A stretch of 39,912 nt of DNA, taken from the NCBI GenBank assembly GCA_964393205.1, contig CAYMSV010000004.1, positions 1-39,912 on the forward strand, read 5' to 3'. The position numbers and the translations under genes are program-made. Numbering within the stretch: the first letter of the stretch is position 1; each line of letters opens with the position of its first letter. This DNA is from an uncultured Pseudomonadales bacterium (GTDB lineage Bacteria; Patescibacteriota; Microgenomatia; UBA1400; PJMF01). Below, one piece after another: positions 6,999 to 14,789 of this stretch. The notes beneath the pieces were generated by a model that was not told the DNA's origin, searched no databases, and was given only the letters and a program-made list of their open reading frames with translations.

Positions 6999-7925
6999 TC
7001 ATGCCCGATAATTCTCTAGTAAATCAAGGACTTCTTGGGCTAATAATCCAATATTTTCAATAGTTTCACTTACTTTCTCTTTTTTTAACTTATATTTTCT
7101 TCCATATTTACCTGAGTATTCGGGAACCTTTTTTATAAAATCATCATCAATAACACCCGCATTATGAGTTTGTATGTGTCTCACTTGAAACATTTCTTTA
7201 ATATGTTGTGATTTCTCCAGTCCAACAAAATCAGCAATATTCTTGTGAAACTTATCCTTGAGCGTTGCTTCTAATAACAGGATGTTTTGAAAAAGATTTC
7301 TAGATCTGCTTGGAAAAATTGTTGGATATTTTTTCATTAATGATTTACCAAAAGCATCAAAGCTCGAGACCGATTGTTCTAGAGCATCTGAAATAAGATC
7401 CTCACTTATTTCAGATGCTTCTGGGGTTTCAGAAAGTTTTATTCTCTTTTCGCAAGATTCTAAAGACCTTTTTAGAATTATAAGTGAATTCAACTTTCCA
7501 CAATCAGGGCAATTTGAAAAAACACCATATATAGAGAAAACTAATCCACAGTTATCGCAGGTTACATGTGTTTCGAGTATTTTCTCTTGGTAAGATTTTA
7601 TTGGAAACGATACATCATTTGTTTTAACTTTAATTTTAATAAATTTTGAAGACGACCTTTCAAGATTTTTAAAACTTTTATTCAAATCATGAATTGCAGG
7701 TTCTATAAATTCCTTCGAAAGTAAACTTACGATGTAATCATTCTGTTCTTGAGTAAAAAAATCATTTGAACTGGCCTTATAGCCACAATATGGGCAGATA
7801 TGATCGCTTGTAGACAATCCTGTTCCGAACTTAACGCTAAAATACTCTAGGCATGTTGGACATTGCCTTCCAACAAGCCCATTTTCATCAGTTGGTATTG
7901 AGATCTTCATCTGAGTTGTATGCAT
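6999..7925 (-). CDS. double zinc-ribbon protein with a C-terminal HEPN-like R-x4-H motif
   Basis: CPTC...CPYC and CDNC...CPDC pairs in the N-terminal half. FQVRHIQTHNAG (R-H-I-Q-T-H = Rx4H) lies in a helical C-terminal domain. Confidence 0.5.
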   Translation of the reverse strand: MHTTQMKISIPTDENGLVGRQCPTCLEYFSVKFGTGLSTSDHICPYCGYKASSNDFFTQEQNDYIVSLLSKEFIEPAIHDLNKSFKNLERSSSKFIKIKVKTNDVSFPIKSYQEKILETHVTCDNCGLVFSIYGVFSNCPDCGKLNSLIILKRSLESCEKRIKLSETPEASEISEDLISDALEQSVSSFDAFGKSLMKKYPTIFPSRSRNLFQNILLLEATLKDKFHKNIADFVGLEKSQHIKEMFQVRHIQTHNAGVIDDDFIKKVPEYSGKYGRKYKLKKEKVSETIENIGLLAQEVLDLLENYRA

Positions 7926-7934
7926 TCAGTCTTA

Positions 7935-8264
7935 TTATAAACCCGACTTCTTTGGATATTTCTTCAAAAACTCCTCATTCTCACTCACCAAATAAACCGT
8001 CCAATAAATGTGACCACTTAAATCCTTTAAATCTCTTCCAACTAAACCACCTTCACGTCTTAATTTCTTGATAGAAGATGGATGAACTCCACGATCCTCA
8101 ATATCATATTTATCAAGGTGATCTTCCTCCCACCACTCCTTATCAAGATCTAACACAGGAATCACACCTTCCTGAATATTTCTCCAACAATCTCGACATC
8201 TCAGACCATCTGGTCGCCACCAAATATCCTCACCATCATGTGATCTTCTGCAAATTCCGCAGGT
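7935..8264 (-). CDS. in-frame continuation of the upstream gene (Cys4 zinc ribbon plus C-terminal domain) without its own canonical start
   Basis: Same frame as 8265-9560, separated from it only by TAA (8265-8267). The first 33 codons (TCGICRRSHDGEDIWWRPDGLRCRDCWRN...) contain no ATG, GTG or TTG. The ORF-track start is a GTG at 8165, downstream of the CxxC...CxxC motif. Confidence 0.45.
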   Translation of the reverse strand, partial: TCGICRRSHDGEDIWWRPDGLRCRDCWRNIQEGVIPVLDLDKEWWEEDHLDKYDIEDRGVHPSSIKKLRREGGLVGRDLKDLSGHIYWTVYLVSENEEFLKKYPKKSGL

Positions 8265-9560
8265 TTAACCTCGACCACCATCATTCAGATAAAAGCCATC
8301 AGGCTCATTCTTTAATCTGCGAGTTCTAATACGCTTAGTAGCTTCATATTCAGCACCCATTCGAGCCATTTGTACTAAATGATGATGCTCATACTTTGCC
8401 CTGAATTCAGGATCAAGTTTTGATTTTGGCTTCTTCGGTTCTTCTTTGCCAAAAAGCTTGAGTAAGTCATCTTCAAGCTCATATCCTTTGAGCTTGCCAG
8501 TCAAGAAACCCAAACAATAACTAATCATATCTTTTGGTGCTCGCCAGTTTGAATCTTTGAGGGCTTTCTTCAACAAGTTGTATAGATCAGCAGTGCTTTC
8601 ACGATCTCGTCTTTTAGGCTTGGCTTCTTGAACAGTAAAGGGAACTAATACATACTTATCCATATCTGGATTACCAAACGATAGACGAGTAAAACCACTT
8701 TCTTCCAGTGCTTTATTAACTAATGCTTCAAGATCAGTGATTGAGATTTTGTTTACCGACAGTAGCTTTTCATGAGCAGGAGTGTCCATTTCTGCTAGAA
8801 CTTCAGCTTTGACCTCTTGAGCAACTTCCAAAGCTTCAAGACTTTCAACATATTCTTTGCCTTCTTTATCATTTAGGCAAAATTCAGCTCGATATTTTTC
8901 AAGCAGTTGCCTATCTTCTAGCTCTTTCTGTGCTTGTTCCTTTTCCCACTGTTTATGTTCTTCGTCTCTTTTCTTGAGATCGTATATATCTTTGTTTGAA
9001 TATCCACAGCTTTTGCATTTGTAGAGAGTGGTAATTACCTTACCTTTTCTATTGCTTTTCACTTCTAGTTCTTCTTTACAATCAGGGCAAAAATCTGATT
9101 TGGAAACATAAAACTCTCCATCATCGTAAACACTATGACGTTTGTTGCATTTTTTACATTTGAAAGTGAAAAGAACTCTCAGTGGCTTATCATCATCCCA
9201 ATCAACTAAATGGTGCAAACCATCTTCAGCCATGGAAGTGCCACAATCTGGACAATCAGCTTTAGGGACTAGGGTATTGTCCTGTTTATCCTGTTTGACC
9301 CGATCTGCTTCCATCCATTCCGCAATGGTTGAAGCTCGATCTTTGTATCTGGATGCTTTTATCACAAAAATAAATCTGCCTCTAAAAATCCCCATGTTTT
9401 TCTCATGTTCAGATTCAGGATATTTTTCAAACTTCGGCTCAACCCTGAGCTTCTCGCCAATCCCATCTATCATTTCGAGCTGTCTGAGACATTCTCTAAT
9501 CGTGCCTAGATCATAGCGATCTTCGTAATGTTGTTGTGATTGTAGATATTGAAATGACAT
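8265..9560 (-). CDS. zinc-ribbon / coiled-coil protein of unknown function (possibly the N-terminal 431 aa of a 541-aa protein)
   Basis: CPDC...CKKC and CPDC...CKSC pairs, followed by an E/K-rich coiled segment. Ends at TAA 8265-8267. Confidence 0.65.
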   Translation of the reverse strand: MSFQYLQSQQHYEDRYDLGTIRECLRQLEMIDGIGEKLRVEPKFEKYPESEHEKNMGIFRGRFIFVIKASRYKDRASTIAEWMEADRVKQDKQDNTLVPKADCPDCGTSMAEDGLHHLVDWDDDKPLRVLFTFKCKKCNKRHSVYDDGEFYVSKSDFCPDCKEELEVKSNRKGKVITTLYKCKSCGYSNKDIYDLKKRDEEHKQWEKEQAQKELEDRQLLEKYRAEFCLNDKEGKEYVESLEALEVAQEVKAEVLAEMDTPAHEKLLSVNKISITDLEALVNKALEESGFTRLSFGNPDMDKYVLVPFTVQEAKPKRRDRESTADLYNLLKKALKDSNWRAPKDMISYCLGFLTGKLKGYELEDDLLKLFGKEEPKKPKSKLDPEFRAKYEHHHLVQMARMGAEYEATKRIRTRRLKNEPDGFYLNDGGRG

Positions 9561-9633
9561 ATGACCTTTCGCTAACCACCACTTAGCAATAGTGTATTAG
9601 ATTTTGTGCGATTTGCCTATATAATATTGAGTA

Positions 9634-11478
9634 ATGAAATCAAAGGAAAAACACACCGATAAAAAAGAAAAATCCTCTTTGAGAAAAAGAATAACTCTCA
9701 AATCACTTACAACATTTTTTGGAGTAACTTGGATTTTAACAATACTTATCTTCTTGGCCTTCCTAGTGGTGGGTACAAACTTTTTTCAAACAACAGTGGA
9801 TAAAGGACCGCTACAGAGTGATATCTGGGTTGTTATCTTACTCGTTGATATTCTGGGCGGGATTGGATCATTTTTACTTTTTAGCATGTTTTTAACAGCA
9901 CTGGCGATGAAAAATAAAAAGAATGAGAAAAAGAAAACATCTTTGGCTAAGAAACTTATTTCTTTCCTATTATTCTTTGTATATTTAGCTGTTCTTCCAA
10001 TTTATTTACTTAATAAAATCTGGAAACCAAAACAGCTAATTTCATTTTTCAAAGATGCAAAGAAAAATTTTAGTAAGAAAAACGCAGTCTCTTTTGGAAA
10101 AAAAATACTTGCTTCACTTCCTATCCTCGCATTTTTATTTCCTGTATGGATTATTGGTTATTTCTCAGTTGGAGCGATAACAGCAGACAGCTTGGGTTTA
10201 GTGCCGTATCAAATGGATATTGTTGGGACTGGATCTATGTATCCAACATTCCCAAAAGGAGAAGGTCGTGACCCAAAAGAATTAGCTCAACAAGTAGTCG
10301 GCCGACAAGATATGTTTAATTATCCCAATGGTCTTCAACTTGGAGGAAAAAGATATTTCAGTCATACCATTGCTCGAGGAGATATTATTACAGTAGAGGA
10401 TGAGAAAACAAGGAAAGCTACTGAAGAAGTATACGGAGATCCATCTGGTTGGTTGAAACGCGTAATTGCTGTTGCTGGAGACACTTTAGAGATCAGGGAT
10501 GGTATCGTGTATCTCAATGGTGAGGCTCAAAAAGAACCATATGTTGCTAAAGCAAGATCTACGTTTGGACAATCTTTCTTAGAAGAATGCAAACAGGTAA
10601 CCGTTCCTGAAAACTCAGTCTTTGTAATGGGCGATAACAGAACCGGAAGTCGCGATTCAAGAGATGTTGGCTTTTTTAACATCGATGATATTAAATCCGT
10701 ATACCCATTTGATAAACAATTGAAGTCCCTAACTCAAAATTGGCATGACATCACAAATGACCTTGAAGAGTCTTCACGCATCAAACTTGATAAAGAAAAA
10801 TATTTGGAAGAACTGAACAAAAAACGAGAAGAAGAAGGATTGAAGCCACTTACATACAATGAGAAGTTAGAACAATCAGCTCAAAAAAGAGGTGAAGTAA
10901 TTTTGAAATACAATGATTTTTCATTTGAAGCAACTGCTAGTGCTTACACAATGGAAAAAGCTATTCATGAAGTTGGTTATTACAACACTTTTTGGGGTGA
11001 AGCTCCATCTAATGGTTACTATGAATCTGATGAGCTCCTAGAAAACCAACTTGAATTTCCTGAGTCGAAGGACTTTATTTTTGATAAAAGATTTCAAGAA
11101 ATTGGTATCGCTGAAGTCAGCGGTGAAACAAATGGATGCCCATCACATGTGATCGTGCAACACTTTGGCGGGTACGTTCCACCCAACTATTCAGCGTCTG
11201 ATATACAATCCTGGGAAGAAGCACTGTCTTCTTTAAGAAATATTCAACCAAGTTGGAATGACTTGAAAAATTCTGGAGACTATTACAACCGACATAAAGA
11301 TAAGATAGATAGAATTACTTATATTATTGATTTACGCATTAACAAAATTACGGACATTGTTGGTACTATGAGAGCGAAGAAGTGGTTTTCGGCAGACCAA
11401 AGAGCATTTGTTGAATCTGGTGATATGGCCTTGTATAGGGAACAAGAAGAATTAGCTACATTTCTAAATAGTCAATGA
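9634..11478 (+). CDS. lepB: signal peptidase I (S26) fused to an N-terminal polytopic membrane region and a C-terminal CAP/SCP-like region
   Basis: GTGSMYPTF (catalytic Ser), KRVIAVAGD (catalytic Lys box) and VMGDNRTGSRDSR (box E). About five hydrophobic helices in the first 190 aa. The C-terminal LKPLTYNEKLEQSAQKRG...WGEA...IGIAEV pattern is like YkwD/CAP domains. Confidence 0.8.
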   Translation: MKSKEKHTDKKEKSSLRKRITLKSLTTFFGVTWILTILIFLAFLVVGTNFFQTTVDKGPLQSDIWVVILLVDILGGIGSFLLFSMFLTALAMKNKKNEKKKTSLAKKLISFLLFFVYLAVLPIYLLNKIWKPKQLISFFKDAKKNFSKKNAVSFGKKILASLPILAFLFPVWIIGYFSVGAITADSLGLVPYQMDIVGTGSMYPTFPKGEGRDPKELAQQVVGRQDMFNYPNGLQLGGKRYFSHTIARGDIITVEDEKTRKATEEVYGDPSGWLKRVIAVAGDTLEIRDGIVYLNGEAQKEPYVAKARSTFGQSFLEECKQVTVPENSVFVMGDNRTGSRDSRDVGFFNIDDIKSVYPFDKQLKSLTQNWHDITNDLEESSRIKLDKEKYLEELNKKREEEGLKPLTYNEKLEQSAQKRGEVILKYNDFSFEATASAYTMEKAIHEVGYYNTFWGEAPSNGYYESDELLENQLEFPESKDFIFDKRFQEIGIAEVSGETNGCPSHVIVQHFGGYVPPNYSASDIQSWEEALSSLRNIQPSWNDLKNSGDYYNRHKDKIDRITYIIDLRINKITDIVGTMRAKKWFSADQRAFVESGDMALYREQEELATFLNSQ

Positions 11479-12893
11479 AACTTACAAAATCACTTTTCAT
11501 CGAATACTTAGATTCACCACTCCACATGTGGCTGAAAGCACACAGTGAAGTGACTCCTAAAGCACCCTCAGTCTATGACCAACACATCATGAAACAAGGT
11601 TATGAAATTGAAAAACTTGCCAAGGTATTTTTGGAGAAAAAAGTGGCTCGTGAGTATCCAGCTGGCACCACCATTTCCTTTGAAGAAACGTTGACTGATG
11701 GTAATTACCAGTCACGTATTGATGCTTTGGTACACGACACTACTAATAACACCTATGACTTATACGAAATAAAAAGTAGCACTACTATCCATACTGAACA
11801 CAAGTATGACGTGACTTTCCAGCATTTAATTGCGAAAGCAAGTTTGCCAGTACATAAAACGTACTTAGTGCGTGTGAATAGTGATTATCGACGTGAAGGC
11901 GAGATCGATCTCAATCAGCTATTTATCATCGAAGACATGGAGCATGAGATTGCTAAAAGGGAGGACGAGGTTTATGAGCTTCGTTCAGATGCTTGGTCAA
12001 CTTTGCGATTAGAAATAATGCCAGTTGATGAGCATTGTCTCAACCCAAGCACTTGCTCATATCCTGCAATCTGTTTCCCAAATTTGCCTGACTATCCGAT
12101 TTACGACTTGAGTCGAGGGAGTAAGAATCAGTATCGAGAATTGATTGACCTCGGTATTCAGTCAGTTAAAGACATTCCTGATACCTGCAAATTGACCTCA
12201 AAGCAAAAAATGCAAATTCAGTCTGCTCGTAGTAGTCAGCCAATTATTAAACACGACGCTATTAAAAAACAACTTGATAGCTTGGAATACCCACTCTATT
12301 TCCTAGACTATGAAACCTATGCAGAAGCTTTGCCTATGCATGACCACTATGGACCATATCAACAAATCACCACTCAGTTTTCCATTCATGTCGCAGAGTC
12401 TCCAGAAAGTAAGGATTTTAAGCATTATGAATTTCTTGCACGGGAGAAAAATGATCCAGCTTCAGAATTAGCAAAAGCACTCTGTAATGTGATTGGTGAG
12501 ACTGGCACCATTATTGTTTGGAATAAAGGCTTTGAGTGTGGCAGGATTGAAGAGTTGGCGGTACTTGTACCAGAATATGCAGAACAACTAGCAAGTATTA
12601 ATAAACGAACTTTTGATTTAATGGAAGTTTTTTCTAAGGGGTTGTATGTTGATTTCCAATTTCATGGGAGTGCTTCAATCAAAAAAGTATTACCTATCTT
12701 AGCTCCTGAGCTGAGTTATAAAACTCTAGAGATTGGCGAAGGTGCTACAGCCATGATCAAATGGCATGAGATGGTGTATGGCGATATAACAGATGAGGAA
12801 CGAGATACTATTGCAAATAATTTATTGACGTATTGCAAATTAGATACATGGGCAATGGTGGAGATTTGGCGAAAACTAAGAGAATTGATGTAG
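11475..12893 (+). CDS. DUF2779-like protein (PD-(D/E)xK plus RNase-H-like exonuclease halves)
   Basis: LTKSLFIEYLDSPLHMWL at the N-terminus, DALVHD...YDLYEIKSST, and YPLYFLDYETY...PYQQITTQFSIH. ATGA overlap with lepB. Confidence 0.65.
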   Translation: MKLTKSLFIEYLDSPLHMWLKAHSEVTPKAPSVYDQHIMKQGYEIEKLAKVFLEKKVAREYPAGTTISFEETLTDGNYQSRIDALVHDTTNNTYDLYEIKSSTTIHTEHKYDVTFQHLIAKASLPVHKTYLVRVNSDYRREGEIDLNQLFIIEDMEHEIAKREDEVYELRSDAWSTLRLEIMPVDEHCLNPSTCSYPAICFPNLPDYPIYDLSRGSKNQYRELIDLGIQSVKDIPDTCKLTSKQKMQIQSARSSQPIIKHDAIKKQLDSLEYPLYFLDYETYAEALPMHDHYGPYQQITTQFSIHVAESPESKDFKHYEFLAREKNDPASELAKALCNVIGETGTIIVWNKGFECGRIEELAVLVPEYAEQLASINKRTFDLMEVFSKGLYVDFQFHGSASIKKVLPILAPELSYKTLEIGEGATAMIKWHEMVYGDITDEERDTIANNLLTYCKLDTWAMVEIWRKLRELM

Positions 12894-13005
12894 TGAGATA
12901 TTGATTGCCACAAATAATCTGATATATTTGATTTTAAAGATCCTTAAAAAACTGGCGAGGAAACCTCCAGCCCTTATTAGGGGGTATCAGTCTAGCTCAC
13001 GCCTT

Positions 13006-13050
13006 CCCTCCTAAGAACATTTTTGATGTTTTTAGGTGGGGGAGCGTTTT
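13006..13050 (+). terminator. long imperfect hairpin: terminator of the DUF2779 gene and/or leader element of the DUF1508 gene
   Basis: CCCTCCTAAGAACAT-TTTTG-ATGTTTTTAGGTGGG gives 15 pairs with one mismatch and one G-U. A TTTT run at 13047-13050 begins 6 nt after the stem. Confidence 0.35.
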
Positions 13051-13092
13051 AAGTAGCAAGCTTCCCTTTAATACATCGGAAAGGAGGTGAGA

Positions 13093-13272
13093 ATGATGGT
13101 TAGATTCCAAATCTATATTGACCAAAGTGGCGAATATAGATGGCGTCTTGTCGCTGCAAACAACGAAATCGTTGCTTGGAGTGAAGGTTACACAACCAAA
13201 CAAGGTGCTATTGATTCAGCTAACTGGGTCAAGACCAACGCAAGTTGGGCCCCAATCCATGATTTAACCTAG
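13093..13272 (+). CDS. DUF1508 (YegP-like) small protein
   Basis: FQIYIDQSGEYRWRLVAANNEIVAWSEGYTTKQGAIDSANWVK is the characteristic YegP repeat pattern. AAGGAGG at 13081-13087 precedes the ATG at 13093. Confidence 0.75.
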   Translation: MMVRFQIYIDQSGEYRWRLVAANNEIVAWSEGYTTKQGAIDSANWVKTNASWAPIHDLT

Positions 13273-13279
13273 TGTTAAA

Positions 13280-13819
13280 TCACTCCTCGTCAGTTTTTTG
13301 AGGATAAACCATTGAGGCAAGTCTTCTACGAAACATAGACCAGTTATCCCATTTCAGATCTGACCAATATCTCCAACTTAATTTCTTCTTATATTTGTTA
13401 CCTATTGAATCAATGAAAACTACACTATCAACTGATTTTCTTTCATCTATACATGCATGTTTAACCAAATCATAATTAAGCGTTACTGTTATTTGCTCGT
13501 TCTCGTCTAGCTTTTTTGGCAAATCGTAAACTAAGTAATCATTAGGAAAAACAAATAAAGACTTTCTATCAGATGTTTCAAACTCAGCACTTTCCACTAC
13601 AATTGGTCTTCTTCCAGCATTTCTTATAACTAGTGATAAAGTATCAATTTGTTGTTGCATTCCTACAGTAAATCCTCTTTTTACACCCACTTTTATTCTT
13701 GGTCTGTCCTGCAAATAAATAATAGTAGATAAAATTGCACCCCAACCGGCCAAAACAATAGTGGTGATCTTATCCCAATTTGCACCAATATTTTGAAAAA
13801 CTAAATTTAAATCTACCAT
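13280..13819 (-). CDS. single-pass membrane protein, unknown function
   Basis: 179 aa. One hydrophobic helix (ITTIVLAGWGAILSTIIYL) followed by a beta-rich region. Last gene of the minus-strand operon. Confidence 0.55.
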   Translation of the reverse strand: MVDLNLVFQNIGANWDKITTIVLAGWGAILSTIIYLQDRPRIKVGVKRGFTVGMQQQIDTLSLVIRNAGRRPIVVESAEFETSDRKSLFVFPNDYLVYDLPKKLDENEQITVTLNYDLVKHACIDERKSVDSVVFIDSIGNKYKKKLSWRYWSDLKWDNWSMFRRRLASMVYPQKTDEE

Positions 13820-13825
13820 ATGTTT

Positions 13826-13978
13826 TTACAAATTTTCTAAAATCTCAATTTGCACATCTTCATCAAAATCATCGATGTTATCAATTAAATCATCCGCATT
13901 ATCTTGAATAATTTCTTCAGTCTCATCAGTTAAACCTTCATCTTGTATTTTTTTAATGATGTCAAAATTGTTAGACAT
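13826..13978 (-). CDS. unannotated 50-aa highly acidic protein
   Basis: My manual translation is MSNNFDIIKKIQDEGLTDETEEIIQDNADDLIDNIDDFDEDVQIEILENL, with 18 D/E and 2 K. The ATG sits 1 nt after the upstream stop, and the stop sits 6 nt before the next ATG. It falls below the ORF-track length cutoff. Confidence 0.5.
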   Translation of the reverse strand: MSNNFDIIKKIQDEGLTDETEEIIQDNADDLIDNIDDFDEDVQIEILENL

Positions 13979-13979
13979 T

Positions 13980-14789
13980 TTAGTTACTTTCAAGTTCTTT
14001 CACCTGCATAAACTTAACTTCCTGTTCATAGATTGGCACAAACTGATTGTCTTTTAACACAAATCTTGTTCTCAGTACTCCAGTAGAGCAACATCTAGCG
14101 GAATCATCAAAAAGTCTTTGCTCAACATAAAAACCGTTATTTGTATCAGCTGAAATGATGGTTGCATCATCACCATTTGCTGAAAAAATAATCTTATTAT
14201 CTTTCACAATATCAGCACTAGTTGAGCCGCCGTCTGCACGGCAGTTGTAATTTTTGTGAACAATTGCTTCGTCTTTGTTGTCTCCATCAACATCAAAGTA
14301 ATCAATTTTATAAATTTCTTGATCAGGTAAAGTATAGGTAGTAAATGGACCATGTTCTTGATAGTTTTCTCTAGCTGTTTGCACCGGCCAATCCAAGTCA
14401 CAATCTTTTTTAAGTAGTCCAAGAGCTTCCTCTAAAGGTAAAGCCTCCAGATCTCTAACAGAGCTATCATAATCAGTGAGGGTAATTTCAGAAGTAGGAT
14501 ATGACTGATACACAGCAGTGTTATTAAGCGCTAACTGACTAAATTGTCTAATATCACCTTCTTCAAATTCTTTATAGTGATCTGCAGAACCCCAACGGAT
14601 ATCATCGTAATTAAAATAGGTAACATCTAGGGGCAGTGGCTGAAAACTATCTCCTGTGGTTTCTGAAGCAACCTCGGTGTTAGCTGTTTCAGTTTGACTG
14701 AGTACTTCTTGAGTTTTTGGAGCAGTAAAACGTCCAAGAATAAATGAGAGAAAGATAAGAGAGATAATTGTTATGATCTTTCTATTCAT
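13980..14789 (-). CDS. secreted or membrane-anchored protein with an FG-GAP/VCBS-like DxDxDG motif
   Basis: N-terminal signal/anchor IITIISLIFLSFILGRF and the motif YFDVDGDNKDEAIV. Its ATG overlaps the methyltransferase TGA (ATGA at 14786-14789). Confidence 0.6.
   Translation of the reverse strand: MNRKIITIISLIFLSFILGRFTAPKTQEVLSQTETANTEVASETTGDSFQPLPLDVTYFNYDDIRWGSADHYKEFEEGDIRQFSQLALNNTAVYQSYPTSEITLTDYDSSVRDLEALPLEEALGLLKKDCDLDWPVQTARENYQEHGPFTTYTLPDQEIYKIDYFDVDGDNKDEAIVHKNYNCRADGGSTSADIVKDNKIIFSANGDDATIISADTNNGFYVEQRLFDDSARCCSTGVLRTRFVLKDNQFVPIYEQEVKFMQVKELESN

Noticed and set aside
7853-8329. Plus-strand ORFs 7853-8071 and 8078-8329
   Set aside because: They are antisense to the zinc-ribbon gene frames. 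Their H/P/S-rich translations have no motifs and no SD.
12997-13203. 68-aa minus-strand ORF overlapping the DUF1508 gene
   Set aside because: It is antisense to a gene with a strong SD and a recognisable YegP pattern. It also spans the intergenic hairpin.
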